From assembly GCA_001599295.1 (NCBI GenBank), contig BCGN01000005.1, forward strand, positions 620,001 through 684,000: DNA of 64,000 bases. Direction: 5' to 3'. Within the stretch, counting starts at the first letter, position 1; each line of letters starts with the position of its first letter. The stretch is from Sporopachydermia quercuum. Taxonomy: Eukaryota. This document shows, piece after piece, positions 1-10,500 of the stretch. Both the position numbers and the translations under genes were made by a program. The notes below the pieces were generated by a model that was not told the origin of the DNA, ran no database searches, and saw nothing but the letters and a program-made list of their open reading frames with translations.

Positions 1-319
1 ATAGATTCAAGAAATAGACTATAACGGAAAGCAGTATTATACCTGTTTCTTAGGCCTAGAAGATGTATACATGCATATTCATATCATTCTCTATCAACAT
101 AAGATAGTAATATCATAACTCACTGTATCAATAACTGGTGTAGATTACGATGTTCTAACTAGATGATTAGAAAGATAGTGATTGATATTCTGAAGCTATG
201 GAATTAAATGATCGCTGTGGTTTGTTCTATATAATTCATCTTTCTTGAAATTCACGTACCACTATCGCTGAATGGTCGTATTATATTGTTTTAATATTCT
301 AATTGACATGCTTTCCCAA

Positions 320-2164
320 CTACCTTAATTGTGAGAACGCATCTAGAAGACCTGAAGAACCAGCGGTTTGGATTTTATTCTTTTCAAACACTTTCCAGAA
401 TCTAAGTGTCTCGTCACCAGCTCCTGTAACTATTGTTTGACCATCTGGGCTCATTGCTAGGTATAACACTCTATAACTATGGCCGGTGAGAGCTGCAGCC
501 TGCTGCATAGATGGGTATTTCCAAATAACGATTTGATTCTTAGAGAAACCATGTGTAGAAACTAATTCATTGGAATTCTTAGACCAAACCAAATTGCACA
601 CTTGAGAACCTGTGTCCACATCAGAAATTTTTTGTCCCGTTACTGTATTCCATATTTTGATCCTACGATCTGCTGTTCCTCCTCCTGACGCTAGTAAACC
701 CCTTTGATGAGTACTCCAGGCTACTGCTTTGACTGCGGCAACATGCCCCATAAGCTTGTGCAGAGGTTGTCTCGCCATTGCTCCATCCCATACTAGTAAT
801 TTATTATCATTACCACCAGATGCAAGCTTATTATCTTCAAGGTTCCATTTTAACCCACAGACCTCTTGTCGATGTTCAGTTAATTGTCCCATATAATGAG
901 CAGCTTCTCGTACGTCTCTTTGAAATATAATTTTGTCTCTACCTCCAGATGAAAGTATATGTTCGTTCCAAGCCAAGGCACCTACTCTTTCTGTATGACC
1001 AGTCATTGTTCTTGTTTTCTTACATAGTTCTGCATCCCAAATTTCCACCAGTCCCTTAGATGTTCCTACAGCCACATGGGTCCCTGCACCAATCCACGAT
1101 ACACTGGTGACTGAATCTTGTGGTCCTAGGTCGCATAGTCTATTTACACTTCCTGATTGAGCATCCCATAGATAAACACACGTGCCTAGTCCAACTGAAA
1201 GTATATCTGTCGACCCCCAATCGACCAGGTTCAAATAAAAATCGTCCGCTAATTCAGGAGCATCAAGAACACGATATGGTAACTTAGAAATGTCTCTTTG
1301 CTTCTTATGTGGTGATAAAAGTAATTTCTGACTATCCATTCTTACCGGAGATAAAGAATAGAGATCTGTTTCTGGTGTATATGCTGACATGTTTACCCTT
1401 GATGGTGATTTGTAGGTAAAAATGTTAGTGCTTTTTCCCCTCGGTGTTGTTACTATGTTAGGTCCTGGGAAGGGATTTTGTTCTGAAGGTGGTGTGCGCT
1501 GAAGAGGATCTGAGGGCTCTGGTCTTTGAGGTGGCACATCTGGTATTTGAGCTCCGGAGCCTGCCGAAAGTTGTTGTTGCTGTTGCTGTTGGATTAAGGA
1601 GCGGGTTTCAATTGAACCATCCCATGAAGCTGCAGAGTTGTTTAATGAAGATATTGATGTTGATGTTGAAGGTCTTGATAGACTTGTAGATGGTATGGCT
1701 GCAAATGGAACATTATCACCGAATATCTCAGCCTTAAGGATTGTTGAAAACGTTCGATCAGCAGTTTCTTGTTTCCTTAGATCTATATCGTTATCTGCTG
1801 TGTTTGGATTTACTCCTGTTGGTCCTGTTACTCCTGCTGTCAGACCTCCATCCAAATCGTTATCGCCACGACCATTGTTCCCATTGGTAGATGTAGAATT
1901 AATACTGTTTGAACTTCTGGATTGTCTGAAAGATGAGTTCTCGTCTTTCAGACTAAAAGCTGCCTGTAGATCAATACCAGTTCTGTTAGGAATGTATCTA
2001 TCTCCATATTTCTTCTTTTTCTTTTGCCTCGTGGGGGAGAATGTTGGGGAGCCCAATAAGCCCAATGAGCTACTTGATGATGGTCTTTCTGGAGACAGCA
2101 TCAAGCCTCTATCAACGGACCCTATAGGTGGTGTTGTACTTCTGAAAGGAGGTGTTGTGGGCAT
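320..2164 (-). CDS. CDH1: APC/C co-activator Cdh1/Fzr1 (WD40)
   Basis: 614-aa ORF with C-box DRYIPNR, many S/T-P CDK sites, PYRVLDAPELADDFYLNLVDW start of the WD40 propeller, and a C-terminal QLR (IR-tail variant). Confidence 0.95.
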   Translation of the reverse strand: MPTTPPFRSTTPPIGSVDRGLMLSPERPSSSSSLGLLGSPTFSPTRQKKKKKYGDRYIPNRTGIDLQAAFSLKDENSSFRQSRSSNSINSTSTNGNNGRGDNDLDGGLTAGVTGPTGVNPNTADNDIDLRKQETADRTFSTILKAEIFGDNVPFAAIPSTSLSRPSTSTSISSLNNSAASWDGSIETRSLIQQQQQQQLSAGSGAQIPDVPPQRPEPSDPLQRTPPSEQNPFPGPNIVTTPRGKSTNIFTYKSPSRVNMSAYTPETDLYSLSPVRMDSQKLLLSPHKKQRDISKLPYRVLDAPELADDFYLNLVDWGSTDILSVGLGTCVYLWDAQSGSVNRLCDLGPQDSVTSVSWIGAGTHVAVGTSKGLVEIWDAELCKKTRTMTGHTERVGALAWNEHILSSGGRDKIIFQRDVREAAHYMGQLTEHRQEVCGLKWNLEDNKLASGGNDNKLLVWDGAMARQPLHKLMGHVAAVKAVAWSTHQRGLLASGGGTADRRIKIWNTVTGQKISDVDTGSQVCNLVWSKNSNELVSTHGFSKNQIVIWKYPSMQQAAALTGHSYRVLYLAMSPDGQTIVTGAGDETLRFWKVFEKNKIQTAGSSGLLDAFSQLR

Positions 2165-2372
2165 TTTGCTGATGATGGTGTTGAATCTGATTGTGTGGCA
2201 ATGAATAAATTGCTATTGGCTATACTAACAATAAGTTATTCGGTTGATATAGCAAATTGGACTTTAATCGCCAGATCTGAATATAATCTAATGTACAGAG
2301 TAGTTGTGAAACTACCATTTAGTTTGATTATCTCACAGTTGATACGTAAAGCTGCCAATTGAAGATGTAGTG

Positions 2373-2380
2373 GTAAACAA
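2373..2380. promoter_or_regulatory. Forkhead-type site GTAAACAA upstream of CDH1
   Basis: Exact match to the Fkh1/2 consensus about 210 bp upstream of a cell-cycle gene. Short motif that could be chance. Confidence 0.3.
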
Positions 2381-3084
2381 GACTGTACAAACCTTTCCTT
2401 GTGGTACAGTACTCTACTGTTCTTCTTTGTTATTCCTTGTATTTCTGTCAGATGGATGGTACAACAAAAAGAATTAATAAGACTTCATTAGAATAAATCC
2501 TGAAGAGAGTTCAATTGATATTTGTGCTTAATACTTCTTTCTCTGGTTTATTCTTTTATCGCAGATGATCTAGTGTTCCGTCTGGACCTTCAATACATGC
2601 ACTATGCGTTTCCTATCAGTTGCCCAACAGCTAAGCTTATTTTGTTGGACTTTTTTNAATATTCCAAAATATCTTTCGCAATCTGTTTATATCAATCCTT
2701 TTGGTGGTTTGAATCTTCTCAGTTTACTGCTTTAATTGCTTGTCTCTGTTGTCGTCAAGCCAGCTTTTTGCTGGTACTTGTTCTACCTTTTGTAATGATA
2801 GGATTATTCGTTTCCAATACTAGCCTCTTTCCCTTCCCCGCTATAAATGCTAATTCAGTGCCTTTATTTGCAATTAGCATTTTTTTTTTTAAGGAAATGA
2901 AATTGATTTTTCATTAGCAGTTAATAAATGTTTGATAATAAAATGATGAACGTGCATAGTGATGATAGTTTAAAGTAATCATATGCGTTTAAAAAGATGG
3001 CATTTAAGGTGTTCAAAACCTTTCTTGTGCATTTGGTTTAAGATTTTTGGGAGCTTATCGATAAAGTGAGGTGACTGGGTGGAA

Positions 3085-3147
3085 AAGAACAGAAAAAGGG
3101 TCTAGTTAACCTTTTCCCAACGGTTACAAGACCCTTTTTCTGTTCTT
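3085..3147. repeat. Perfect 19-bp inverted repeat (hairpin)
   Basis: AAGAACAGAAAAAGGGTCT (3085-3103) and AGACCCTTTTTCTGTTCTT (3129-3147), with an extra inner TAACC/GGTTA stem. Confidence 0.9.
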
Positions 3148-3769
3148 GAATAAGGAGTGAGATGCAATGTGATGGAGACTGGAGAAGAAGCAAGAGAAGG
3201 TGCGTAAATGATTGTGAACGGATAGAGAACAGATGTTAATAGTTTATGCGGACAGACCAGGAGAAAGGGAAATAGATAAAATGTTTATCCCAACTGATGG
3301 CGCTATGGTATAAGCATGCTGGTTAGTCGTAATGTGGAATGGAATGGAAGCAGGTGGGAGGCGTGACCGTATAGCGGAAGTGATATAGAGTGGACTGGAA
3401 TTTACATCTTTTCCGAAATATGTTAGGCATTTGATGGTCAAAATACTGAGCAAGGAGGGAGTAGAAGAAATGATGGTAGAAATGAAGAAAGTATACAAAA
3501 GGAACGATAAAATTTACTATTAAAAGGCAATAATCACCATTGGATGTTTCCGTAAGTAGTTTAACTGGATGCTACCTTCTGCTAGTGTTATTTGTAGCAC
3601 GTAANGAGAACATCACTATATTGGCTTAGTATTTCCTTTCTATTATTACTGTAAACACATTACTTTTATTGTTCTTTTTCATTCAGAATATCAGAACATG
3701 AGATATCCTTGCTATGATTCTATATCGTCGCGTTCTATCATATAATACAAATCAGAGATCAGTGAAGAT

Positions 3770-5329
3770 CTAATCGTCGTCACTTTCAGGTTCCTGAATC
3801 TCTTCTTCCTCTAAACCAACCGGTATAACAAAAGAATTCAACATGATTTGATCAGCATAGGACCAATCTTCAGAACCCGATTGTCCATCATTATTAACAT
3901 AAGCTTTAGCACCATTNACACCATAGCTCTTGGTGATAACATCAACCTCAACATCTTCTTCGTCTTCTAACAGTCTTTGATTGATTCCTTCTTCAGATTC
4001 TATATCAAATTCGTCTTCTTTCTCTTCATATTCTACATTTTCTTCGATTTCCACGAAATCCGGTGCTAATGCGCTCCATTGTTGAGGTATCGGAACACCC
4101 CATATATAAACAGAGCCACTAATGTCACAACCAGCAATCATAGCTTTCCGGGGATTCCAAGCAACATTGACAATCTCATCTCTTGGACACTCCAAGATCT
4201 TTAATAGTGTGCCAGTGCCAGTTTCCCATAAATATATCTTCTTCTCAGTATCATGTGTGGATGCACATAAGAAGTCACCTTTTAAAGAGAAAGATATCGA
4301 GTTCCAAGAGATCTTGCCAATAATTACTTGATAGGACAAAACCACTCTCAGTCTTTGTTCATTCCCCGGTTTGATTTCACCGTTTTCTACATCAAATTCA
4401 GATTTTACCTCATTCTCGTTTCTGCCTTCGCGTTCATTATCACTTTCATCATCATCACTGTCAGACTCGTTCTTACTATTTGCCATTGTTGACCATTCTT
4501 TAACTCGATCTACTGTGTAATTATTAAAGCCCACAGGTAGGTTCATCTGTCTAACTACTTTATCACTGCAATTGAGGGCAAGGTAATTTCCCANTGTATT
4601 GATTATCATTCCAAGTATAGCAAAAGAACCAGAGAGCTTGTTACTTGATATTAGTTTCTTTGTTTCAGTAGATATAATACCTAAAGTTCCTCTTGAAGTC
4701 CCTACGAAAATATAGTTGCCATGAGGCTTCGAGAAAACTAAAGATGTAGGTTTTATAGATCCTGGATAGAACCTTTTTCTAACTGATGATCCTCGTGAAT
4801 GATCTTCAGGTGATGCAGAACCTCCAGCTGGAGACGATACACTTGAGTCAATGGATTTTTCTTCTTCTTCCATGATAGTACTCAGGGGGACAACTAATGG
4901 GTTGAACTGATTTGAGAAATCAACATAAAAAGGACCTGATCCTTGTAGAATAACAACAAATGCAAATTTATTCGAAGGATGCATTTCGGCCATTACAACA
5001 TTTTCCTCAAAATCATATCTCCGTAATGTTGATCCTGTAGATAAATCCCATAGAACTACTGTGCAGTCCTTGCTTGATGATAGTAAATACCTACCGCACG
5101 AGGACCATTGTAAAGATCGAATGATTTGNGTGTGACCTTTCAACACTTTCACTACACGATTGGTACCAAAATCATATATTCCAATCAATCCATAGTCGCT
5201 TCCGCATGCTAGATAGTCACCACTGAGATTGAATTGTGTTATATAATTATGCCCAAAATCTATTGAATGCACCAATGTGTCTGGGAAATCTTGGGCCACA
5301 GCAAATGGGTCTAATAGTGATAGATTCAT
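3770..5329 (-). CDS. SWD1: COMPASS subunit Swd1/RbBP5 (WD40)
   Basis: N-terminal MNLSLLDPFAVAQDFPD, WD40 repeats, and the signature WSALAPDFVEIEENVEYEEKEDEFD. Confidence 0.93.
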   Translation of the reverse strand: MNLSLLDPFAVAQDFPDTLVHSIDFGHNYITQFNLSGDYLACGSDYGLIGIYDFGTNRVVKVLKGHXQIIRSLQWSSCGRYLLSSSKDCTVVLWDLSTGSTLRRYDFEENVVMAEMHPSNKFAFVVILQGSGPFYVDFSNQFNPLVVPLSTIMEEEEKSIDSSVSSPAGGSASPEDHSRGSSVRKRFYPGSIKPTSLVFSKPHGNYIFVGTSRGTLGIISTETKKLISSNKLSGSFAILGMIINTXGNYLALNCSDKVVRQMNLPVGFNNYTVDRVKEWSTMANSKNESDSDDDESDNEREGRNENEVKSEFDVENGEIKPGNEQRLRVVLSYQVIIGKISWNSISFSLKGDFLCASTHDTEKKIYLWETGTGTLLKILECPRDEIVNVAWNPRKAMIAGCDISGSVYIWGVPIPQQWSALAPDFVEIEENVEYEEKEDEFDIESEEGINQRLLEDEEDVEVDVITKSYGXNGAKAYVNNDGQSGSEDWSYADQIMLNSFVIPVGLEEEEIQEPESDDD

Positions 5330-5878
5330 TACGTGTTCATTTCATGAATACTTAAGGCACAAACCCAATATCTACCACTTTTATCGTTTTTATCCTTCTC
5401 ATTAGAACTTATTGATAGTTTACCTATTTCTTCAATCTGTAAATGATATGATAGTATAATTATCCTGTTATACTTCACATTTGATTATGAATTGGATGAT
5501 GAGGATTTGATAGTATGCAAAGTGATGCACCACAGCTGTACCAAGGAAATAAAGTTTTTCAATAGCGACACCTCCTTCCCTCCACCACAAACACGAAATC
5601 CCAACGCGAACTTTTCAAATTTTCAGATAGCATAATCACAAATCATTAATTTTATTTATTCTGGACAGAAAACGCCAAAACTAAAATGAAACGAAATCTT
5701 ACAATGACAAGGCAAGACATTCGAACTATCTTTGTATTTCATAAGGTGTCACTTGAAGGTATTACAATATAAGGTGATGGATTATCACATTTAAAACTAT
5801 TGGTCAAGGGGAGGATTTGTTGGATAAATTGTATCATCTATTACTATAGAAAAGGCTCATTCTGGTTGTAAATATACA

Positions 5879-6757
5879 ATGCGTGGGATTACATTAGTGG
5901 TGGCTATGATGGCCTACTTGGCATCAGCACAAGCATTTCATTTCTATTTAAGTGGTAGTGAGGGCAAATGCTTTTATCACGAGCTGACAGAAGGAACATT
6001 GGTTGTTGGTATGTAGAGTTGCTGTGATAGGATCAAGCTGGATTGAAATGAATTGAAATGATTGGAACAGGATAACTAACAAGTTCACTCTATAGGCAAG
6101 TACCAAGTTGATGAATGGGATGCTCGTATGCAAAACTATATCCAACACGATGATCTTGGATTAGCTATTACTGTTGAAGTACGTTCACACGTTTGAAAGT
6201 TCACTTGAAATTTCACAATGGCAACAATCCCATACTAACTAGTTTTCTATTTAGGAAGTATTTGATAACAATCACCGGGTGATGAATCAACGGGTGAAGG
6301 CCAATGGAGAATTTGCATTCACTGCATTAGACTCCGGTGAACATAGAATCTGTTTCAGACTTACTTCTAAAGGCTGGTTCTCATCTTCTAAAGGCCGTAT
6401 GTTCCTTGACTTCGTTGTTGGTGAAGACCAAGAATGGGATTCAAAGGGAGAAAACAAAATCAACTCTTTATCTTTGAAAGTCAAAGAATTGAACCATAAA
6501 GTTAGAGACATCAAAAGAGAACAAGCTTTAATGAGAGTATGTTAAATATAATTTATAGCAGATACCGATTTTGCAGTCTATTGTTTCTNTTACTAACATT
6601 GCTCTAGGAACGCGAAGCCAGCTTCAGAGATCAAAGTGAATCAACGAACGCTAGAGTTGTAAGATGGACATTTATTCAAGTTTTTGTCTTGGGTGTTACT
6701 TGTGCCTGGCAATTAAATCACCTCAGAGGTTTTTTCATGAAACAGAAATTAGTCTAA
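5879..6757 (+). CDS. ERP1: p24/GOLD ER-Golgi cargo receptor, Erp1/Erp6-like; exons 5879-6008, 6096-6178, 6255-6536, 6608-6757 (214 aa)
   Basis: Signal peptide [54 protein letters not shown], a TM segment and FFMKQKLV tail. Three introns (GTATGT/GTACGT..CTAAC..TAG) join in frame. Confidence 0.92.
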
Positions 6758-7523
6758 TTACTTCATTTAATAATATCTCCAAACAATAACTCATTTAATT
6801 CTATTCATTCTATACTATTTCTTATATACTCTTTATCACGTACGTGTAAACTTCATTTCCATTGCCGCCCTCCTTCTACCAGTATTACACTCAGTTTCCA
6901 TTCAATTCTCTACCAAACACTAGTCAATTTTCACGAAACTTACGCTTTTGGTTTTCATTTCTCTCCAGCATCCTCTTGCTTTCTAACGTTAACAGTTCAG
7001 TGTTGTTCAATTGCTTTCTCTTCGTCCCCCAGCACGCATTTCTGCTTGCTTGTTCATTACTCAAAATGCATTCATTTTCTAGTACTGGCACCCTGATATA
7101 AGACAGCTCAATTGCAGTTGAACTTCATATCTCGTCTTAGAAATATATTACCAACTAAATAAGTCAATATCCATGATATAAGACGGAAATCTTATTGGAT
7201 TTTCTGTCGGAGACTTTAAAACAACTACTATAATAAGGAGTCATTTTCTTTGAAGTAACAATGATAACTGAAGGAACAGAGCACTAAATTTCTTTAAAGG
7301 AAAAGAAATTGGATCAAACGGTATTTCGGTCTATTTTGCTTTTTAAGACACCTCAGGAAGAATTCGGGGTCTCAGATCAACGGCGTGCGGCAATTGCTAA
7401 CCTATGAAATGTCATTCAACATAGACTCATTATCTTGAATCAAATGGAGCGCACATCATAATCATCCAGAGCACACTGTAAATACATATTGCATTGCGTT
7501 GATAATATTGAAAACACATAAAA

Positions 7524-10500
7524 ATGACAAGATTGGAGGAAACTGGACAGCTTTNGGAAGCCAGCAACTCAACTGAATCCGTTGCAGTTGCAAACGGAAC
7601 CACCAGCGACCAGAAACTACTGGAAGATAATACCGGAGATAATGTTTCACTAGCATCGGATCAAAACGGATTTCTACGGATAAACTCTCCATCAATCCAA
7701 GGTAGTGCTCCGACGACACCCGAAAGAAAATTCCCGTATCTACTAAGACATTCACCTTCCGCTTTCTCTCCTGGTGGCTTAAGTGTTGCATCACCAGGTA
7801 GAAGACGCTTAGATGATCGGTTCCAAACTCGTATAAGTTCATTATACTCTCATCGACCGACGTCACGTACAAACTCACTATTATCCATATCTACCACATC
7901 CGAAGACCCTTTGTATTCGGATTCAAAGCTTAATGCCTTAGAACCAGTTAGATGGACCAAACTACGGCGGATATCGTCGTATTTGTTTTCTGCTACCATA
8001 ACATCTCTTTACGGATCCCCAACGACAATTCTACCTGCGGCAACGATATGTGTCGGTACCACAAAAGGATACGTGCTNGTTTTTGACTATCATCAAATTC
8101 TCCGAGCGGTTTTAGGTTACGGCACCAAAGCAGAAGAGTCCGGAGAAGTATCCGCTTTAGCCGTATCAGCCGATTCCACTGTTCTGGCCTCGGCACATGC
8201 TTCGGGTCATATCTTCACGTGGGATTTAACCCAAGCAATAAATATCGGAGCGGGAATATCCGCGGCTCGGAGTTCCAACAATTTTGGCACCGGTTCCGGT
8301 CCCGGGTTAAAACCTTCCATAGAAATACCTCCTCAGAGTAAATCCGGTTCCGGACATCAACCGGGGGCCAATATTTTACATGTAAACTTTATTGGTAAAC
8401 GACATTCCGCTTTGGTTTCTGCTGATGTTTTCGGAATGTGTTATGCCCATGAATTGGTTAGAGGAGTTCTCGGCAAATCGGTAAAAACGTCTCGAGTTCT
8501 TGGCCGACCTCCATCAGCTAATCAAAATGCCAAAGTACCGAACTCCAAACTCACAACCATTCTAGATTGTTCCGCAATGCCTCTGGGTCCTGTTGTTGAT
8601 CCGTGTGATGAACTTGGGCTCGTCGCTCTTTTAACTCCCCATGTATTGGTGATTGTGTCTACAGTCCCAGTACCTGCTACACAATATAAAACGGGTCGTC
8701 CCAAAGTTCTCGATACCAGATTGGGTATCTCGGGATGTCTTGCCTGGTTCCCCCCCTTGAAGACTCGAGATTCGGGATCAGATTCAGGAAAACACACCGA
8801 ATCAGGATATCCGAGGTTGGCTTACGGATGGGGTAATATTCTAACGGTTTTATCCGTCAAGTCAACCGAGACAAAGAACGGAAAAGATAGCAAGAAGACT
8901 ATTTCATTAGAGTTCAGTAGTAAGAAACGATGGGTAAGTTCAGAAACAATAGTAGCTGTACAATGGGTTTCCTCTAAGATAATTGCCGCTTTAACCAAAA
9001 CTCAACAACTAAGCCTTATAAACGCGGAAAAGATGACGGAATGTGCTTCTGCTGATCTTTTAACTCGACATATTCTTCACAGAGACGTATTTTCGTCACA
9101 ATTGTCTGGTTTGAAGTTTGATACTTCGGCTGAACAAGTTAAGATTTCCGATTTATTTGCTCAATCATTTCGCAGTTTCAAAGGTCGTTTATTCCTTTTA
9201 GGAAGATATGAATTTATGGTGGGCGCATTAGCGAATTGGGCCGATCGGCTGTTAAGTATAATGTCCCAAGGCAGGTATGTGGATGCTATTGAATTAGCTA
9301 GAGAGTATTATATAGGCGAAGAGACTGATTTGGTGATAGTGGGGTTACCAGAAGATGATAAAACAAGACATAAGATGCTTTATAATCAAATACTGGAGAT
9401 GGTAATGGCATCATTAAGGTATACGTTCAGAAAGGCTAGTAAGGATAGCGGAGAAGATAATACAAACAATTTCGGAAATGATATTGAGAATAGGAAACCC
9501 AAAAATATCGGAGATGATGTGTTTACGAATTTCGGAGAACATAGTGATTATTCANGACATGGAAGTGAGACTGGAAGTGAGACTGGAAGAGAATTGGGGA
9601 CTTTAACCGAACTATTACCCGTTTGTTTCCGGGCTTGTGTTGCTGTTGGAGCTCCTGAATTTTTAACCGAACAAATATTCGATTATTTCAATTACGGAAA
9701 TCATTTGGGTTTGTTCTTTGATCTATTAGCACCATTTATTCTCAACAAAGATCTCACAGTATTACCACCTACAGTACTAGAAGCGATGGTTTCTTATTAT
9801 ATCTCTTCCGGTCAAGGAGATAAACTAGAAGAGATAATATGCACAATAGATCTCCGGAATTTAGACTTGCATCTAGCTATTTCTTTGTGCGAAAAACATC
9901 ATCTTCGAGATGCCTTAAGTTATATATGGAATGTGGCATTAAATGATTACATAACGCCATTTATGGAATTTATTAGCCTAATGAATANCGGAAACTATGA
10001 AGATGAAAGGGAACCAAATAAAGTATACGGCTATATTTCCTATATACTAACCGGACGGCAATATCCAACTGATTATATGATTTCTGATGGAGATGTTACT
10101 CTTGTGTCGCGGGCGAAAGCTCAACTTTACTATGCTATCTTCCGAGGTTCCGCTATTGAGTGGCCTCAAGGATCGGACAAGATAGTTGCCGAAGTCATAA
10201 ACGGAAGAAATGATACATCTTTTCCGTATTTATATCTCCTGGTTAAATTCAACCCACAAGAGCTTTTGGCATCTTTTAATGAAGCATTAGAAGATGAATT
10301 TCTCAACTATGATGAACAGGAAGGTGCGCTGTTTGATACGCTTGATTCTCATTCGAATACCATGAAAGTAAGCCGACAATATATTGTGGATATTCTATTT
10401 GAACTATTTGATAGCACTGATTTATCCGAAGATGCGGAAGCGGTTACATATTTTTGGATTTTTATTGCCCGGAACTATCCGAAGTATCCGCAGTTTATTG

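Noticed and set aside
2998..3020. Pol III A-box/B-box-like pair (TGGC..., GTTCAAAACC)
   Set aside because: Boxes abut each other and there is no cloverleaf.
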